NCBI GenBank assembly: GCA_963835575.1
Contig: CAWIGG010000002.1
Coordinates: forward strand, 1,856,001 to 1,920,000
Origin: an uncultured Spirochaetota bacterium
Lineage (GTDB): Bacteria; Spirochaetota; Brevinematia; Brevinematales; JAOACQ01
Direction of reading: 5' to 3'
Length of the DNA stretch: 64,000 nt
A model generated the notes under the pieces. That model had not been told where the DNA came from and did no database searches. It saw only the letters and a program-made list of their open reading frames with translations. The first letter of the stretch is position 1. Every line of letters begins with the position of its first letter. Shown here piece after piece: positions 29,374 through 39,684 of this stretch. Position numbers and translations under genes: made by a program.

Positions 29374-30390
29374 ATGGGGTCAATAATGATTAAAAACAGA
29401 ATCAGAATAGAATGGTTTACAGCGCTCATGTTTTTCACTCTCTCAGCGGCATGCGCAGGGGAACCTTCCATAATCAACAAATCTGATTTTATCCCGGATA
29501 ACGGCTGTTATACCGGGATTTTTACCGGCGGCGAAAGTATTGTCGCTGTTGAAAAAAGAATGAAGGTCAAATTCGCAATCAACATGGTGTTCTCTTCCTT
29601 CCAGACAGGCAATGAAAGCCTTCCACTCGGTTTTATTGAAGCAAACTGGGCTTTAGGCCATCTTTCCAGCTTTACTATTGAACCCCAGCTCTGGACTCTG
29701 CAGGAAATCATAGACGGAAAACATGACAATTCCTTTAAAAGATGGGCCGGAGACGCGGCCAAATTCGGCAAACCTATCATGATCCGCCCGATGCATGAAA
29801 TGAACGGCAACTGGTACGCATGGAGCGGCGTGAAAAACGGCGGAGGAGAGACAAAAGGCTACGGCGACCCGTCAAAGCCCGACGGCCCTGAAAGGTATGT
29901 CGACGCCTTCCGCCATATTCACAGGATCTTTGACGAGGCCGGCGCGGCGAATATCATCTGGGTATGGTGCCCGAACGACGATGTCGGCCAGAATGAGTGG
30001 AACGGCCCCTGGAACCGCATCGCCAATTACTACCCGGGCGATGAATACGTCGACTGGCTGGGAATGGATGTCTACAACTGGGGCGACGGCGCCGGATTTA
30101 TCTGGAGAGATTTTTCATCGATGTACTCGGGAATATATTATGATATGGAAGCGATCAATAAAGACAAACCGATGCTGATCGGCGAATTCGCCTCGGAAGA
30201 CGACGGCTCCCGAAAAGCAGGCTGGATGAAAGACGCCTTTTTTCAAATCAGGAACAATTTTAAAAGAATTAAAGCCTTTGTGTGGTTCAACATTTACAAG
30301 GAAAGAAAATGGCCCATCGATTCCAGCCCTGAATCGCTGAAAGCTTTCCAGGAAGCCATGAACGATCCCTATTTCAAAAAAGGATTTTAG
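29374..30390 (+). CDS. GH26 glycoside hydrolase
   Basis: IRPMHEMNGNWYAW, YYPGDEYVDWLGMDVYN, KPMLIGEFA. Confidence 0.92.
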   Translation: MGSIMIKNRIRIEWFTALMFFTLSAACAGEPSIINKSDFIPDNGCYTGIFTGGESIVAVEKRMKVKFAINMVFSSFQTGNESLPLGFIEANWALGHLSSFTIEPQLWTLQEIIDGKHDNSFKRWAGDAAKFGKPIMIRPMHEMNGNWYAWSGVKNGGGETKGYGDPSKPDGPERYVDAFRHIHRIFDEAGAANIIWVWCPNDDVGQNEWNGPWNRIANYYPGDEYVDWLGMDVYNWGDGAGFIWRDFSSMYSGIYYDMEAINKDKPMLIGEFASEDDGSRKAGWMKDAFFQIRNNFKRIKAFVWFNIYKERKWPIDSSPESLKAFQEAMNDPYFKKGF

Positions 30391-30491
30391 ATATTAAAGT
30401 TTTTATATATTCAAAAAGATAAAGACTTACTAAATACGGACCTACTGTGAATAGCGATACAGCATATTGTTATATTAAGGGTTTGGGGTCA

Positions 30492-30585
30492 ACCACGAAG
30501 AACGCGAAGCACACGAAGTTTATTTATTCTAGAGTCCAGACTCTTTCATGGATAGCAGCTTCGTACACTTCGTGCGCTTCGTGGT
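30492..30585. repeat. REP-like inverted repeat (ACCACGAAG x3 / CTTCGTG x3)
   Basis: Arms built from tandem 9-mers in inverted orientation. Confidence 0.75.
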
Positions 30586-30629
30586 GTAAAAAACCGCTCA
30601 GTTTTGAAAAGAATCTCTGGAGGTTAAAA

Positions 30630-32411
30630 ATGAAGATTGTTTTTATATCCGTTTTTTTTCTTTTGACGCTATCCGCCTATTCCGCCGACTGGCCTATATA
30701 TAAGGGCAATCTTTACTTTACCGGCAATAACGATCAGATCATCGTGAAGAACAACAGCCTGAAGTGGCTATTCATGGCTTCTAATTACATCTTCAACCCG
30801 ATTGTTTCCGACGGCAGGGTCTATTTCTCCGATATGGACAAGATCGTATACTGCGTCGACGAGGAAACCGGCAGGCAGATCTGGAATCTGGACATGAAGG
30901 CCGTCTCCAGCCACTTTGCCGGTTCTGCCGGAGTGCCGGGCAAGGTCAAATACCCGATCATCCGCGGGAATTCCCTTTTTCTATCCGACGCGACGGCGAT
31001 CTACTGCCTGGACAAGACCAATGGAAGGATCCTCTGGGCCAGGGCCGGGCTGCAGGAAAACGAAAAGAAGGCCGCCGTCATCGACGGAATCTATGCCGAC
31101 CCCATTCTGTCCGGCGATAATCTCTATTACGGCACCAGAAAGAATTTCATCGCCCGCGAGGTCTATAACGGTCATGTTGTCTGGTCAAACCAGGAGATAG
31201 AAAGCTACAGCGGCTTTCCCACATATTACGACGATAAAATACTGGCGCAGTCCAGGGATTATAAGAACAATGCTTTCTTTATCCTCTGCCTGGACCAGTA
31301 TACGGGAAAAACTATCTGGAAAAAGCAGATCGACAATCCCCTCCAGATCTTTTCGCCGGTCGTTTACCAGGAAAAAGTCTTCATTCCGTCCGGTAAAAAG
31401 ATTTACTGTCTTTCTTTAACCGACGGCGCGATACTCTGGCAGAAGGAGTACGGGGATTACATCACATCCAATCCAAGCTTTACCGACAGGGAAGTGCTCC
31501 TCACGATCGGAAATCAGAGGATCGCCGTTTTAAATCCCGACACAGGTTCTGTCAATTATGAACTGGATTTCGGCGCGAGGTCCGCTCCTTATTATGTGAC
31601 GGTAAACGACCAGATCTACACGGCATTTAATTATAATAAGAACGTCGGCGGTAAGGATATCACATTCACTTCCGCCAGAGCTTACGCCTTCGGCGATAAC
31701 AAACCCATCTGGGAATTCCTGCCGCCTTTTCCCGGCAGCGCTTCCCAGCCGATCGCTTCCCGCGGGACATTATTCATCCCGGCGGGCAATTATCTTTACG
31801 CGATCGGCACCTATTACGACCGGCCTATTATTTTCGGAAATGACGGCAGCTCGACACTGGCTCCGGAGGAAAGCTCATCCGGAACGGCATCATCCGCGGC
31901 AATGCTGGCATTAGCGGATACTTCCTCATCCTCTGCTCAATCCTCAATTGAATGGAATGACAGTTCTGAAAAACAGTCCGTTTCAAGCGTTTCCTCATCA
32001 CAGGAACCGGTCAAGGAAACACCGAAGCATCCTGAAAAGCCGGTAAATCTTGAGGAAACAAAGCCGGGTGAAAGCGTCGTTGTTCATAATATCTATTTTG
32101 AATTTGATAAAGCCTATCTCAGGCGGGAATCCATCTCGACGCTGGATGATATCGTCAGACAGCTGAAGAGAAATCCGAAGATCAAACTTGAAATACAGGG
32201 ACACACTGATAATATAGGCACAAAGGAATACAACAGGAAACTATCCGAGCGGCGCGCCGACGCCGTAATGGAATATTTCATCAAGAACGGCATCAGCCCC
32301 GAAAGGCTGCGCTCCAGAGGTTTCGGAGAGACCAAGCCTATAGCAGATAATAAGACCGAAGAAGGAAGGAGTAAGAACAGAAGGACGGAATTTCTGATTC
32401 TGGAAAAATAA
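30630..32411 (+). CDS. PQQ-like beta-propeller + OmpA-like domain protein
   Basis: Start at ATG 30630 (GGAGG RBS, signal peptide); repeated 'D..TG..IW' blades; C-terminal GHTDNIG..YN..LS..RA..V, NRRTEF. Confidence 0.88.
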   Translation: MKIVFISVFFLLTLSAYSADWPIYKGNLYFTGNNDQIIVKNNSLKWLFMASNYIFNPIVSDGRVYFSDMDKIVYCVDEETGRQIWNLDMKAVSSHFAGSAGVPGKVKYPIIRGNSLFLSDATAIYCLDKTNGRILWARAGLQENEKKAAVIDGIYADPILSGDNLYYGTRKNFIAREVYNGHVVWSNQEIESYSGFPTYYDDKILAQSRDYKNNAFFILCLDQYTGKTIWKKQIDNPLQIFSPVVYQEKVFIPSGKKIYCLSLTDGAILWQKEYGDYITSNPSFTDREVLLTIGNQRIAVLNPDTGSVNYELDFGARSAPYYVTVNDQIYTAFNYNKNVGGKDITFTSARAYAFGDNKPIWEFLPPFPGSASQPIASRGTLFIPAGNYLYAIGTYYDRPIIFGNDGSSTLAPEESSSGTASSAAMLALADTSSSSAQSSIEWNDSSEKQSVSSVSSSQEPVKETPKHPEKPVNLEETKPGESVVVHNIYFEFDKAYLRRESISTLDDIVRQLKRNPKIKLEIQGHTDNIGTKEYNRKLSERRADAVMEYFIKNGISPERLRSRGFGETKPIADNKTEEGRSKNRRTEFLILEK

Positions 32412-32671
32412 ATAATAAGACATTATTGAAATTTTTCTAAATGATATTTTTTTGGTGAATTAATCAATGCAGACATCCATTATTGCAGGATCATAAAAAC
32501 AATATTTTTTCTATTTCATTTAAAGAAGTATCATTCCCCGCCGGGCGGCCAGGCCGGTTCAAAATCATGATTTCCAAACATTAATACGAAGCCTATCAGT
32601 CTGCCGCAAGATGAAGATATAATAAACAACGTAAATTGTATCAACTTTTCGGTCTTAATCGGTCAATACTT

Positions 32672-33097
32672 TCAAAATATAAAACTATAAACGATGACCG
32701 GGACCACGCTTACGGCCGAATAACCATATGAAGTATAAGGCGTCGCACCCTGATTAAGACCTTTATCCAGCGTTGCAGATACTGAAAGCCAGATACTTGC
32801 CGCCAGAACGGAAAATCCGACAATCCTATGCACCAATAGCATATCAGTATAATCTCCTACTCCCAATATAGTTAATGTGCCCAAGGCCGCTTGAGAGACC
32901 AGAAGCGTCATATTAACAATTGCGGCAGCTTTAGTCCAATCACTCTGCCCGTACATAACAGATGTTATAGAAGAATACCAGCCTAATCCCTCTCCGACAA
33001 CCACTCCCGCTATATGATAGGGCAGCATAAAGGTCGCAAACATTGACCGGACTGATAATGCCAGAAATAAAACTGTAAGAATGAGAATTTTTTTCAC
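32672..33097 (-). CDS. hypothetical membrane protein
   Basis: GTG start with AGGAGG RBS, hydrophobic segments. Confidence 0.7.
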   Translation of the reverse strand: MKKILILTVLFLALSVRSMFATFMLPYHIAGVVVGEGLGWYSSITSVMYGQSDWTKAAAIVNMTLLVSQAALGTLTILGVGDYTDMLLVHRIVGFSVLAASIWLSVSATLDKGLNQGATPYTSYGYSAVSVVPVIVYSFIF

Positions 33098-33387
33098 ATT
33101 ATCCTCCTTTTTTTTATAATATTTATGCCATTAGTGTTATAGCATTTCTTCCTAAAAATAAATTGAATGAATATTTTACTGATCTAAATATAAGGTTTGT
33201 GAATGCGGCGAAGGGGAATATATTTGATGTTTATACAGCTTCATCCTGCCCTTCATGCAATCATATTAATCAACTGATTGTAAAAATTATAATCAACGGC
33301 AGGAAATATTGCAATAGAAAATTGTGAAAAGCGGGGAGAAATCACTTTTTTCTTTACGACAAATCTCAATCCCGGCAAAAAAACAAT

Positions 33388-33481
33388 ATATTTCATCAAG
33401 AACGACATCAGCCCCGAAAGGCTGTGCTCAAGGGACTTCGGAGAGACAAAACCCGTTGCCGATAATAAAACCGAAGAAGGA
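33388..33481 (+). pseudogene. 94-bp OmpA-domain remnant similar to 32273-32366
   Basis: Ungapped match, about 13 mismatches by hand count. Confidence 0.85.
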
Positions 33482-33563
33482 CAGAATTACTGCTGCAGGA
33501 AAAATGATAACATCACTTTTACTGATGGATTAACACCTATAAATTTTCAAGGACATCAGCCGA

Positions 33564-34985
33564 TCATTTCCCGGAAGAAACCTCTATTTTCTTCTCAGAA
33601 CGGTTTAAGAACCTGTCGAATGAATCAACCAGGATTTCATGACTTCCGGAAGAAAGCTTCCCGAGATCAACGGCACTATCATTAAAATCCTTAGTGATGA
33701 CCGGCTCGATTAATTTTCCGTCGCAGTAAACCTGGATTTTTGTTGTTTTTTTATCAGTCTGAAGAGAGAGATGAAGAATGCCCCCGTCCAGACTATTGCT
33801 TATAATTGATAATGACGGAGGAGTTTTATCATACACCCTTTCTCCGCCCGCCGAAGGAGTAACTCCGGCAAAATCCTTCCGCACCTCATCCACCTGTTTA
33901 CCGGCAACAATGATATTAGCCGTATTAAGGTTTCCCATTCCATCATCGCTGAGGTATCTGAGATATTTGACCGATTCCGGGTCCCAGTTCATAACAAGGG
34001 CCTCAATGGTATCCAGCGCGACAGGATCGCGGCTTGCCAGGATCATCCGCATATTCTTCTGATCATTTTCTATTGCCGTAGTCTTGCTGATTTCATAGCT
34101 CGGGGTCGGGCCGTTCTGAATCCCCTGAAGGCCGTCCATTACCGCAAAATTAATCGGACGGCACATATTATAGTCATGAATCCATTTGTGAAGCGCGGAA
34201 CCATTGTGATCGACCATATTCTGCCTGCCGAATGTATTCCCTCCCGGGCCTCCGCCATAGATGTTTGACGGTGTGGCTCCGATGCCAACATTTTTTAAAG
34301 CGCCTGTAATACATGCATTCCAGTGGTTCTTCAGACATGGAAGGCTGATCAGAACATCCGCCTCATAATAACGTCTGTTCAGATAAAATACTTTCCTTAT
34401 GAGGCCGTTCGGAAGTTCCTTTTTTACCAGTCTGGGCGAATTGACATCCCTGCCGTTTCCGCTGTCTTCTTCAATGGCTATGAATTCCGTAACGCCGGGG
34501 ATATATTCCTTTGTATATTTTAAATATTCCATAACTATAAGAGTTGGCTCCTCCGCACAGCCTTCCATTACATAGACTTTGCCGTCCGGATCAAAATGCC
34601 TGACCAGTTCAGCGACGGCTTTTGTCACGCGCCAGTCCGTACAGTTGCCGTTGACTTCAGTCTTCAAGAGCGGTCCGGTCCATCCGGAGCCGGTATAATC
34701 ATTCCGGACAACCAGGTTGGGCTTAAGGACAACGGTCATCCCGTTAGTGATCAGGCTTTTAAAACCGCCGGCCGCTTCCACAGCGTTTGAAACGAGCGAG
34801 AGGATATCATTGTAATTTAAATCCGCGGCTTTTTCCTTGGCTGACTGCATAATAGCAACTCTGGATGGCAGTAAATTTACAGCCGACAGCGGTTTCGTTT
34901 CAGGAAGGCATTTTAAAAACAATACGGCTGGTATTAAAACCGCAATTATATTAAAAATCCATTTTTTCAACAGGCCGGGCTTCAT
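33564..34985 (-). CDS. exported DUF362 domain protein
   Basis: VLKPN, TDWRV, PCLKNH, GALKN, MDGLQG.QNGP, DPVALD; N-terminal hydrophobic segment, Ig-like C-terminus. Confidence 0.82.
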   Translation of the reverse strand: MKPGLLKKWIFNIIAVLIPAVLFLKCLPETKPLSAVNLLPSRVAIMQSAKEKAADLNYNDILSLVSNAVEAAGGFKSLITNGMTVVLKPNLVVRNDYTGSGWTGPLLKTEVNGNCTDWRVTKAVAELVRHFDPDGKVYVMEGCAEEPTLIVMEYLKYTKEYIPGVTEFIAIEEDSGNGRDVNSPRLVKKELPNGLIRKVFYLNRRYYEADVLISLPCLKNHWNACITGALKNVGIGATPSNIYGGGPGGNTFGRQNMVDHNGSALHKWIHDYNMCRPINFAVMDGLQGIQNGPTPSYEISKTTAIENDQKNMRMILASRDPVALDTIEALVMNWDPESVKYLRYLSDDGMGNLNTANIIVAGKQVDEVRKDFAGVTPSAGGERVYDKTPPSLSIISNSLDGGILHLSLQTDKKTTKIQVYCDGKLIEPVITKDFNDSAVDLGKLSSGSHEILVDSFDRFLNRSEKKIEVSSGK

Positions 34986-35025
34986 ATCAATACTCCTGCT
35001 TAATTATATAACAAAATAATTAATA

Positions 35026-36601
35026 CCTAAATTCCCAAAGTAAAAATACCAAATGGGGCCCCAATCTGTTATAATATATTGCTTTACAAAACAACAGAAG
35101 GAGCACCCAAATGGTGAAAAATATCAAAGTTGGTTTTACGGCGCAGGATTTGAGCAGCGTGAGCGGGATTTATCCCGTGCTGGTATTTTTGAAAAAGATT
35201 GGGTTCAATCAGTTGCTCAAAAAATTTATTCCAGTGCGGGAATATTGTAACCAGAAATTCTCGTTCGGGCAAATTATTACGGGAATCGTGTGCGCGCTGA
35301 TGGCAGGGTATAACCGGATCAAGAAGGTCGAGAATTTTACTGAAGATCCATTGTTCCGGGCAGCTCTGGGCTTGAAAGGGCCGATCAGTGATTCTACGAT
35401 CATCAAGCGGATTGAAAACGTTGGTATGAAAGAATCTTACGCGATGAATGAGTTGAACGGAAAGCTTTCCCGCAAAGTCCACGCGAAGTTCCGGGTAAAA
35501 ACGAAAATCGTGGACTGCGATTCGACCGTCAAGACGGTTTACGGAAGCCAGGAAGGAGCGGCGGCAGGCTACAATCCGCATAAAAAGGGAGCGAAGAGCT
35601 ATCATCCGCTTCTGGCATTCCTGAACAGCACAAGGGAATGTATTCTCTCCTATTTCAGGCCGGGCGACGCTTACACAGCGAATAACGCGCCTGAATTTAT
35701 CCGGCACATTTACGGAATACTCCATACCGGCTGGAAAAAACTTGTGTTCCGGATGGACAGCGGATTTTTCGACGGAAGGATTTTCGATGTCATCGAAGAA
35801 ATGAAAGGGGCTTTTTTTCTGGTCAAAGCCAAAATGAAAAACCTCGCGGCGTTTCTGGAAAACAGGGGTTGGACAGCGGTTCCGGATCGAAGCGGCTGGG
35901 AACAGGCGGAATTTGAGTACCGGGCGCATGGATGGAAACATGTGAGGCGGTTCATAGCTGTCAGAAAGCTGATCCGGATAGAAACGGAAGGGCTGGTATT
36001 CCCGAAAGCGGTTTATGACTATTTTTGCTATTGTACGAATATGCGTTTGAAACCTTGGCAGGGCCATAAATTTTACGGTGACCGGGGTACGTGTGAAAAC
36101 TGGATCGAAGCCGTGAAGCAGCAGATGTTCGCCGGGATGCTTCTGACGCAAGATTTCTGGGTGAATGATTTTCTGTGGAGCTGCAGCGTGCTGGCGTATA
36201 ACGTTGGAATCTGGATGCGGTATCTGGTTGACCGGAAAAGTCACCGGGAAGAACCGGAAACATTCCGGGCGTGGTTTATTCGGGTTGCGGGGAAAATCGT
36301 GAGACAGGGCCATCAGGTAAAACTGGTGTTGAGCCGTTATTTTGCGGATAAGGACCGGTGGCGGAAATTTTACTGCCACTTATGTGAGCTGCAGATATAG
36401 CGAGTTCCCAACCGGATGATGTGAAGGCCGCCACAAGGGTGTGTTGCGCCCGGAGCAGCGGAATTTGTGGATTTACGAGTATTCAGGCATCGCCAAGGCT
36501 TGTAATTGCAGCAGCCGCGAGACTGGGATGATAAACCGATGCCAAGCAGTGCCGCGCAAGGCTGATTTCAAGCGGAAATCGCGGAACTCTGGGAATTTAG
36601 G
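35026..36601 (+). mobile_element. IS1380-family insertion sequence (1576 bp)
   Basis: TIR CCTAAATTCCCAaAGT / ACTcTGGGAATTTAGG (15/16), 5-bp TSD TAATA at 35021-35025 and 36602-36606. Confidence 0.95.
35111..36400 (+). CDS. IS1380-family transposase
   Basis: DCDSTV..YG.QEGA..GYN..K.G..SYHPL, RMDSGF, Y..RG.CENWI...K. Confidence 0.95.
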   Translation: MVKNIKVGFTAQDLSSVSGIYPVLVFLKKIGFNQLLKKFIPVREYCNQKFSFGQIITGIVCALMAGYNRIKKVENFTEDPLFRAALGLKGPISDSTIIKRIENVGMKESYAMNELNGKLSRKVHAKFRVKTKIVDCDSTVKTVYGSQEGAAAGYNPHKKGAKSYHPLLAFLNSTRECILSYFRPGDAYTANNAPEFIRHIYGILHTGWKKLVFRMDSGFFDGRIFDVIEEMKGAFFLVKAKMKNLAAFLENRGWTAVPDRSGWEQAEFEYRAHGWKHVRRFIAVRKLIRIETEGLVFPKAVYDYFCYCTNMRLKPWQGHKFYGDRGTCENWIEAVKQQMFAGMLLTQDFWVNDFLWSCSVLAYNVGIWMRYLVDRKSHREEPETFRAWFIRVAGKIVRQGHQVKLVLSRYFADKDRWRKFYCHLCELQI

Positions 36602-36770
36602 TAATAAAGTAAATATTCTATCAGCACTGCCTGCCGTATGCCGGCCTCCTGTTCTGAAATTAATAAATACCTCATCTGATATCATTATTCATTTCTATCT
36701 CAGTTTCAATTGAATAAATGATGCAGGATCAATAGTCCGGTTTTCACTTTGATGCCGGCCGTTATATTCA

Positions 36771-37211
36771 TTAATTTAAATTTACCTGATTTTCCTTGTC
36801 TCTGACATAAAATGCGATGTAATTTATTCCATAAGATCTTGCAAGGTCCGTTAGATAGACTATCCTGTCGTATGGGCATTTTTTGTCGCCGTAAATGACA
36901 ATCGCCTTTTCATTTTTTCCCTGCAGTATAAAATAAGCATCAAGCGCTTCCGCATCGTATTTTTTTTCCTTTATATAATAATCCCCGTTTAATTTTACGC
37001 TGATTATCAGCGGATCCTCAAGCTTTATCGCCTCATGATTTTTAGAAGCAGGAAGCTCTATCCCCAGGACCTGTTTTTCTTCGGGCTTGAATATTTTCTC
37101 CTTAAATGTCAATGCCGTAACAAGGAACACGATCAGGATAAACAGGCAGTCTATAAGAGGTATCAGGTTTAATAATTCTTCATCGGCATCGAAATTAATA
37201 CCCTTTTTCAT
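36771..37211 (-). CDS. exbD: biopolymer transport protein ExbD/TolR
   Basis: LNLIPLIDCLFILIVF, LP, GDK...Y. Confidence 0.85.
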   Translation of the reverse strand: MKKGINFDADEELLNLIPLIDCLFILIVFLVTALTFKEKIFKPEEKQVLGIELPASKNHEAIKLEDPLIISVKLNGDYYIKEKKYDAEALDAYFILQGKNEKAIVIYGDKKCPYDRIVYLTDLARSYGINYIAFYVRDKENQVNLN

Positions 37212-37216
37212 AAGCG

Positions 37217-37750
37217 TTATTCCTCCTGTCCGGTTTTATTGCCGTTCCTGCCGCTTTCGGAAATCGTATAGATATGTTTGATCTGGTTTATTTCATATTC
37301 AGCCTCTTCCTAATACTGCATCAGCTTTGATTTAAAATAGCGGTGGAATATGATCCCCGGAATGGCGACCGCCAGTCCCCCGATCGTCGAATAAAGCGCA
37401 TGTCCGATGCCCATTGCCAATTGCCTTTTTTCATCCGCAGTGCCCGCCCCCAGCTGTGAAAAAATAATGATCAGCCCTATCAGCGTGCCTAACAGGCCGA
37501 AAAGCGGAGCAATTGACGCTATTGTACCGATTGCCGTAATATTTTTCTTCAACGGATTCAGCATTAAATAAGTCGATTCAGTCAAAGATTCAAAAAGCTG
37601 GACATTACCATGAATATATTCTTTAAATCCCTTGCTCCATGCCTTGCCCAATAAACTCTGGGAACTGCCGGCCCTTTCTTCCGCTTTTTCAAAATCAAGA
37701 GCTTTTGCATGCATTTTAATATCGTTTATCATGGCAGAATCAAATATCCT
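37217..37750 (-). pseudogene. exbB: ExbB/TolQ/MotA-family remnant (5' truncated, internal TAG)
   Basis: IASIAPLFGLLGTLIGLI, GI..AL.ST..GLAVAIP; TAG at 37310-37312 followed by 30 in-frame codons to TAA 37217; first TM missing. Confidence 0.75.
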
Positions 37751-38165
37751 TTTTTATTTAATATTTCTGATAGTGAATACAGGAATTCTGATCCTGGTCA
37801 ACATCGAGTTTTTCAGGATCTCTATTTTATTAAAGTATGATACCTACAGCAGTATCTGGACAATATTGTTTCATAACTTTCTTTACGGCATCCTGTTTTT
37901 AATAATTCCGCTTTATATTCATAAATTCATCAATACCCCTTTTAAACTGCTCCATAAAGCGGCATTCGGATTGTTTTTTGTTAACCCTTCTGCTGGGCTT
38001 TCTGCCGTCTTTTTATACCGGGCTTATGCAGGGAACTGTTATTATATTAAACTTCAAGGCCGTCTTCTGGATGAATTTCCTCATCTTCCTTTATACATTT
38101 ATACTGTTATTGAACCGGCTCAACAAAACAGAAATAAAAGAGAAAAAGACAATCATCAAATTTTT

Positions 38166-39684
38166 GTAACTATCCAGCCGCATATTTAATAGCGGAGCCG
38201 TTCAACGCGTCAATAAGGGCTTGATAAACACTGACGCCCATCTTTTTTACTGTAGATATATAACCCCTGATTCTGCAAAAGGCAGCCGCTCCATTCCAGC
38301 TTCTGAATGTACCTGATATTTTCTGCTGGACTTTTATCATTCTGATATCCCGTTCCGCCAAATTGTTGCTGAATGGAACATCTTTTTCCCGCATAAATAA
38401 AAGGACAGATTCTTTATATTTTCTTAATCGGTCTAATAGGCATAAAACCTTGCCCCGCTTTTTTCTGCCGCGTTTAACAAGTCCTTCCGGCTTTTCAGGC
38501 GTTGGATTTACAGCAAATCCTTTCGCGATGATCCGGTCATATTCCGTATCATATTCTATAATCCTTTCCGCCGGTATTGGAAAACTTGCCTCTTTATCAT
38601 TCTTAATCCTTATAAGAAGATTACCCATCTCCTTAGCCCATTCCTGACCCATTTCCTCATGTATCCAGATTAGCTCTCTCAAATGGTGTACATTACACAA
38701 TCCATGACGGCATAAGAATTCCAGATAACTTTTCCATCCATCGTGGATAATAATACCGGTAAATCTTGTGAGAATGTCCATCGCACGCATCGCCTCTGTG
38801 CCGCGTTTGTCATGAGAAAAATAATAGGTAAAACGTTCATTCGAGGCAACATGGAGCCATTTTAATAACCCTTTTATCCGAATACCGGTTTCATCACAGT
38901 GAAGAACCACTTCTTTTAGTATCAGTTCTATGACTTTCTGTTCATACTCTTCTAATTTATTGTAGGTCTCCCGGATAAATCCTTCAATCGTTGCCTTGCT
39001 GAGCGGCACTCCCAATAAACATTCGGCGTATTCCGAAAGCCTTTCATAGGGTATCAACCCATATGTTTTCATATAGACCAGATGCGCTTTAATGTTTTTT
39101 CCATACTGTGCCTTATTGGTTATGCCTTCCGGAAACTCCGCCGTTACTCTCGCACCGCAATGCGGACAATCTTTTACTTCCGAGCGATGTTCGGTAACTT
39201 CCACTTTTATCGGAGGTATATCGAACACCTGCCTTCTTTCCGTCCGCTTAACTGATTCGGAACTTAAATCAATTCCACAACAGGAACATTTTTCAACCTG
39301 ATGTTCTATGATCTTATCAGGGCTTTCTACTTTCTTCAGAGTATTTCCCTTATGTCCAAACTGGCCGCCTTGTTTTTTACCGCTCTTTTTCCGTAAATTC
39401 TTTACTGTATTTTGGAATGGATTATCGGAAGACGGCGGTTTATTGCTGTTATGGCTGTCCTTATTAAGCTGTTCTTCCAATTTCTTAATCTTTTCCGCTT
39501 GTCTTTGAATGATTAAACCCTGCTCCTTTATCTGGTTTTGTAAATCAGCAATGATGCCTTCAAATCGTTTTAAGCAGGCCGCACAGTCTTTTTCTCTTCT
39601 ATCTTCATTCATGCTATAGAATAGCATGGTTCATGCTCAATGCAAATATTTCATGTGACTATTTTTTAGTGGCTGGATAGTTAC
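38166..39684 (-). mobile_element. IS66-family (single-ORF, ISBst12-like) insertion sequence, 1519 bp
   Basis: Perfect 14-bp TIR GTAACTATCCAGCC; 8-bp TSD AAATTTTT at 38158-38165 and 39685-39692. Confidence 0.95.
38170..39627 (-). CDS. IS66-family transposase
   Basis: DSHNSNKPPSSD, GGQ.GHKG, zinc finger, HCDETG, HDGW..Y, CNVHHLREL, NNLAERDIR. Confidence 0.95.
   Translation of the reverse strand: MLFYSMNEDRREKDCAACLKRFEGIIADLQNQIKEQGLIIQRQAEKIKKLEEQLNKDSHNSNKPPSSDNPFQNTVKNLRKKSGKKQGGQFGHKGNTLKKVESPDKIIEHQVEKCSCCGIDLSSESVKRTERRQVFDIPPIKVEVTEHRSEVKDCPHCGARVTAEFPEGITNKAQYGKNIKAHLVYMKTYGLIPYERLSEYAECLLGVPLSKATIEGFIRETYNKLEEYEQKVIELILKEVVLHCDETGIRIKGLLKWLHVASNERFTYYFSHDKRGTEAMRAMDILTRFTGIIIHDGWKSYLEFLCRHGLCNVHHLRELIWIHEEMGQEWAKEMGNLLIRIKNDKEASFPIPAERIIEYDTEYDRIIAKGFAVNPTPEKPEGLVKRGRKKRGKVLCLLDRLRKYKESVLLFMREKDVPFSNNLAERDIRMIKVQQKISGTFRSWNGAAAFCRIRGYISTVKKMGVSVYQALIDALNGSAIKYAAG

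Noticed and set aside
30447..30629. 61-codon N-terminal extension of the propeller-OmpA ORF
   Set aside because: Runs through an intergenic repeat; RBS and signal peptide indicate ATG 30630.
33324..33533. 69-aa ORF
   Set aside because: Out-of-frame reading of the OmpA remnant.
35084..36379. 431-aa antisense ORF
   Set aside because: Shadow of the IS1380 transposase on the opposite strand; no recognisable motifs.
37310..37312. TAG read-through or recoding in exbB
   Set aside because: The gene is also 5' truncated and TAG is a normal stop elsewhere in the window; decay is the simpler explanation.
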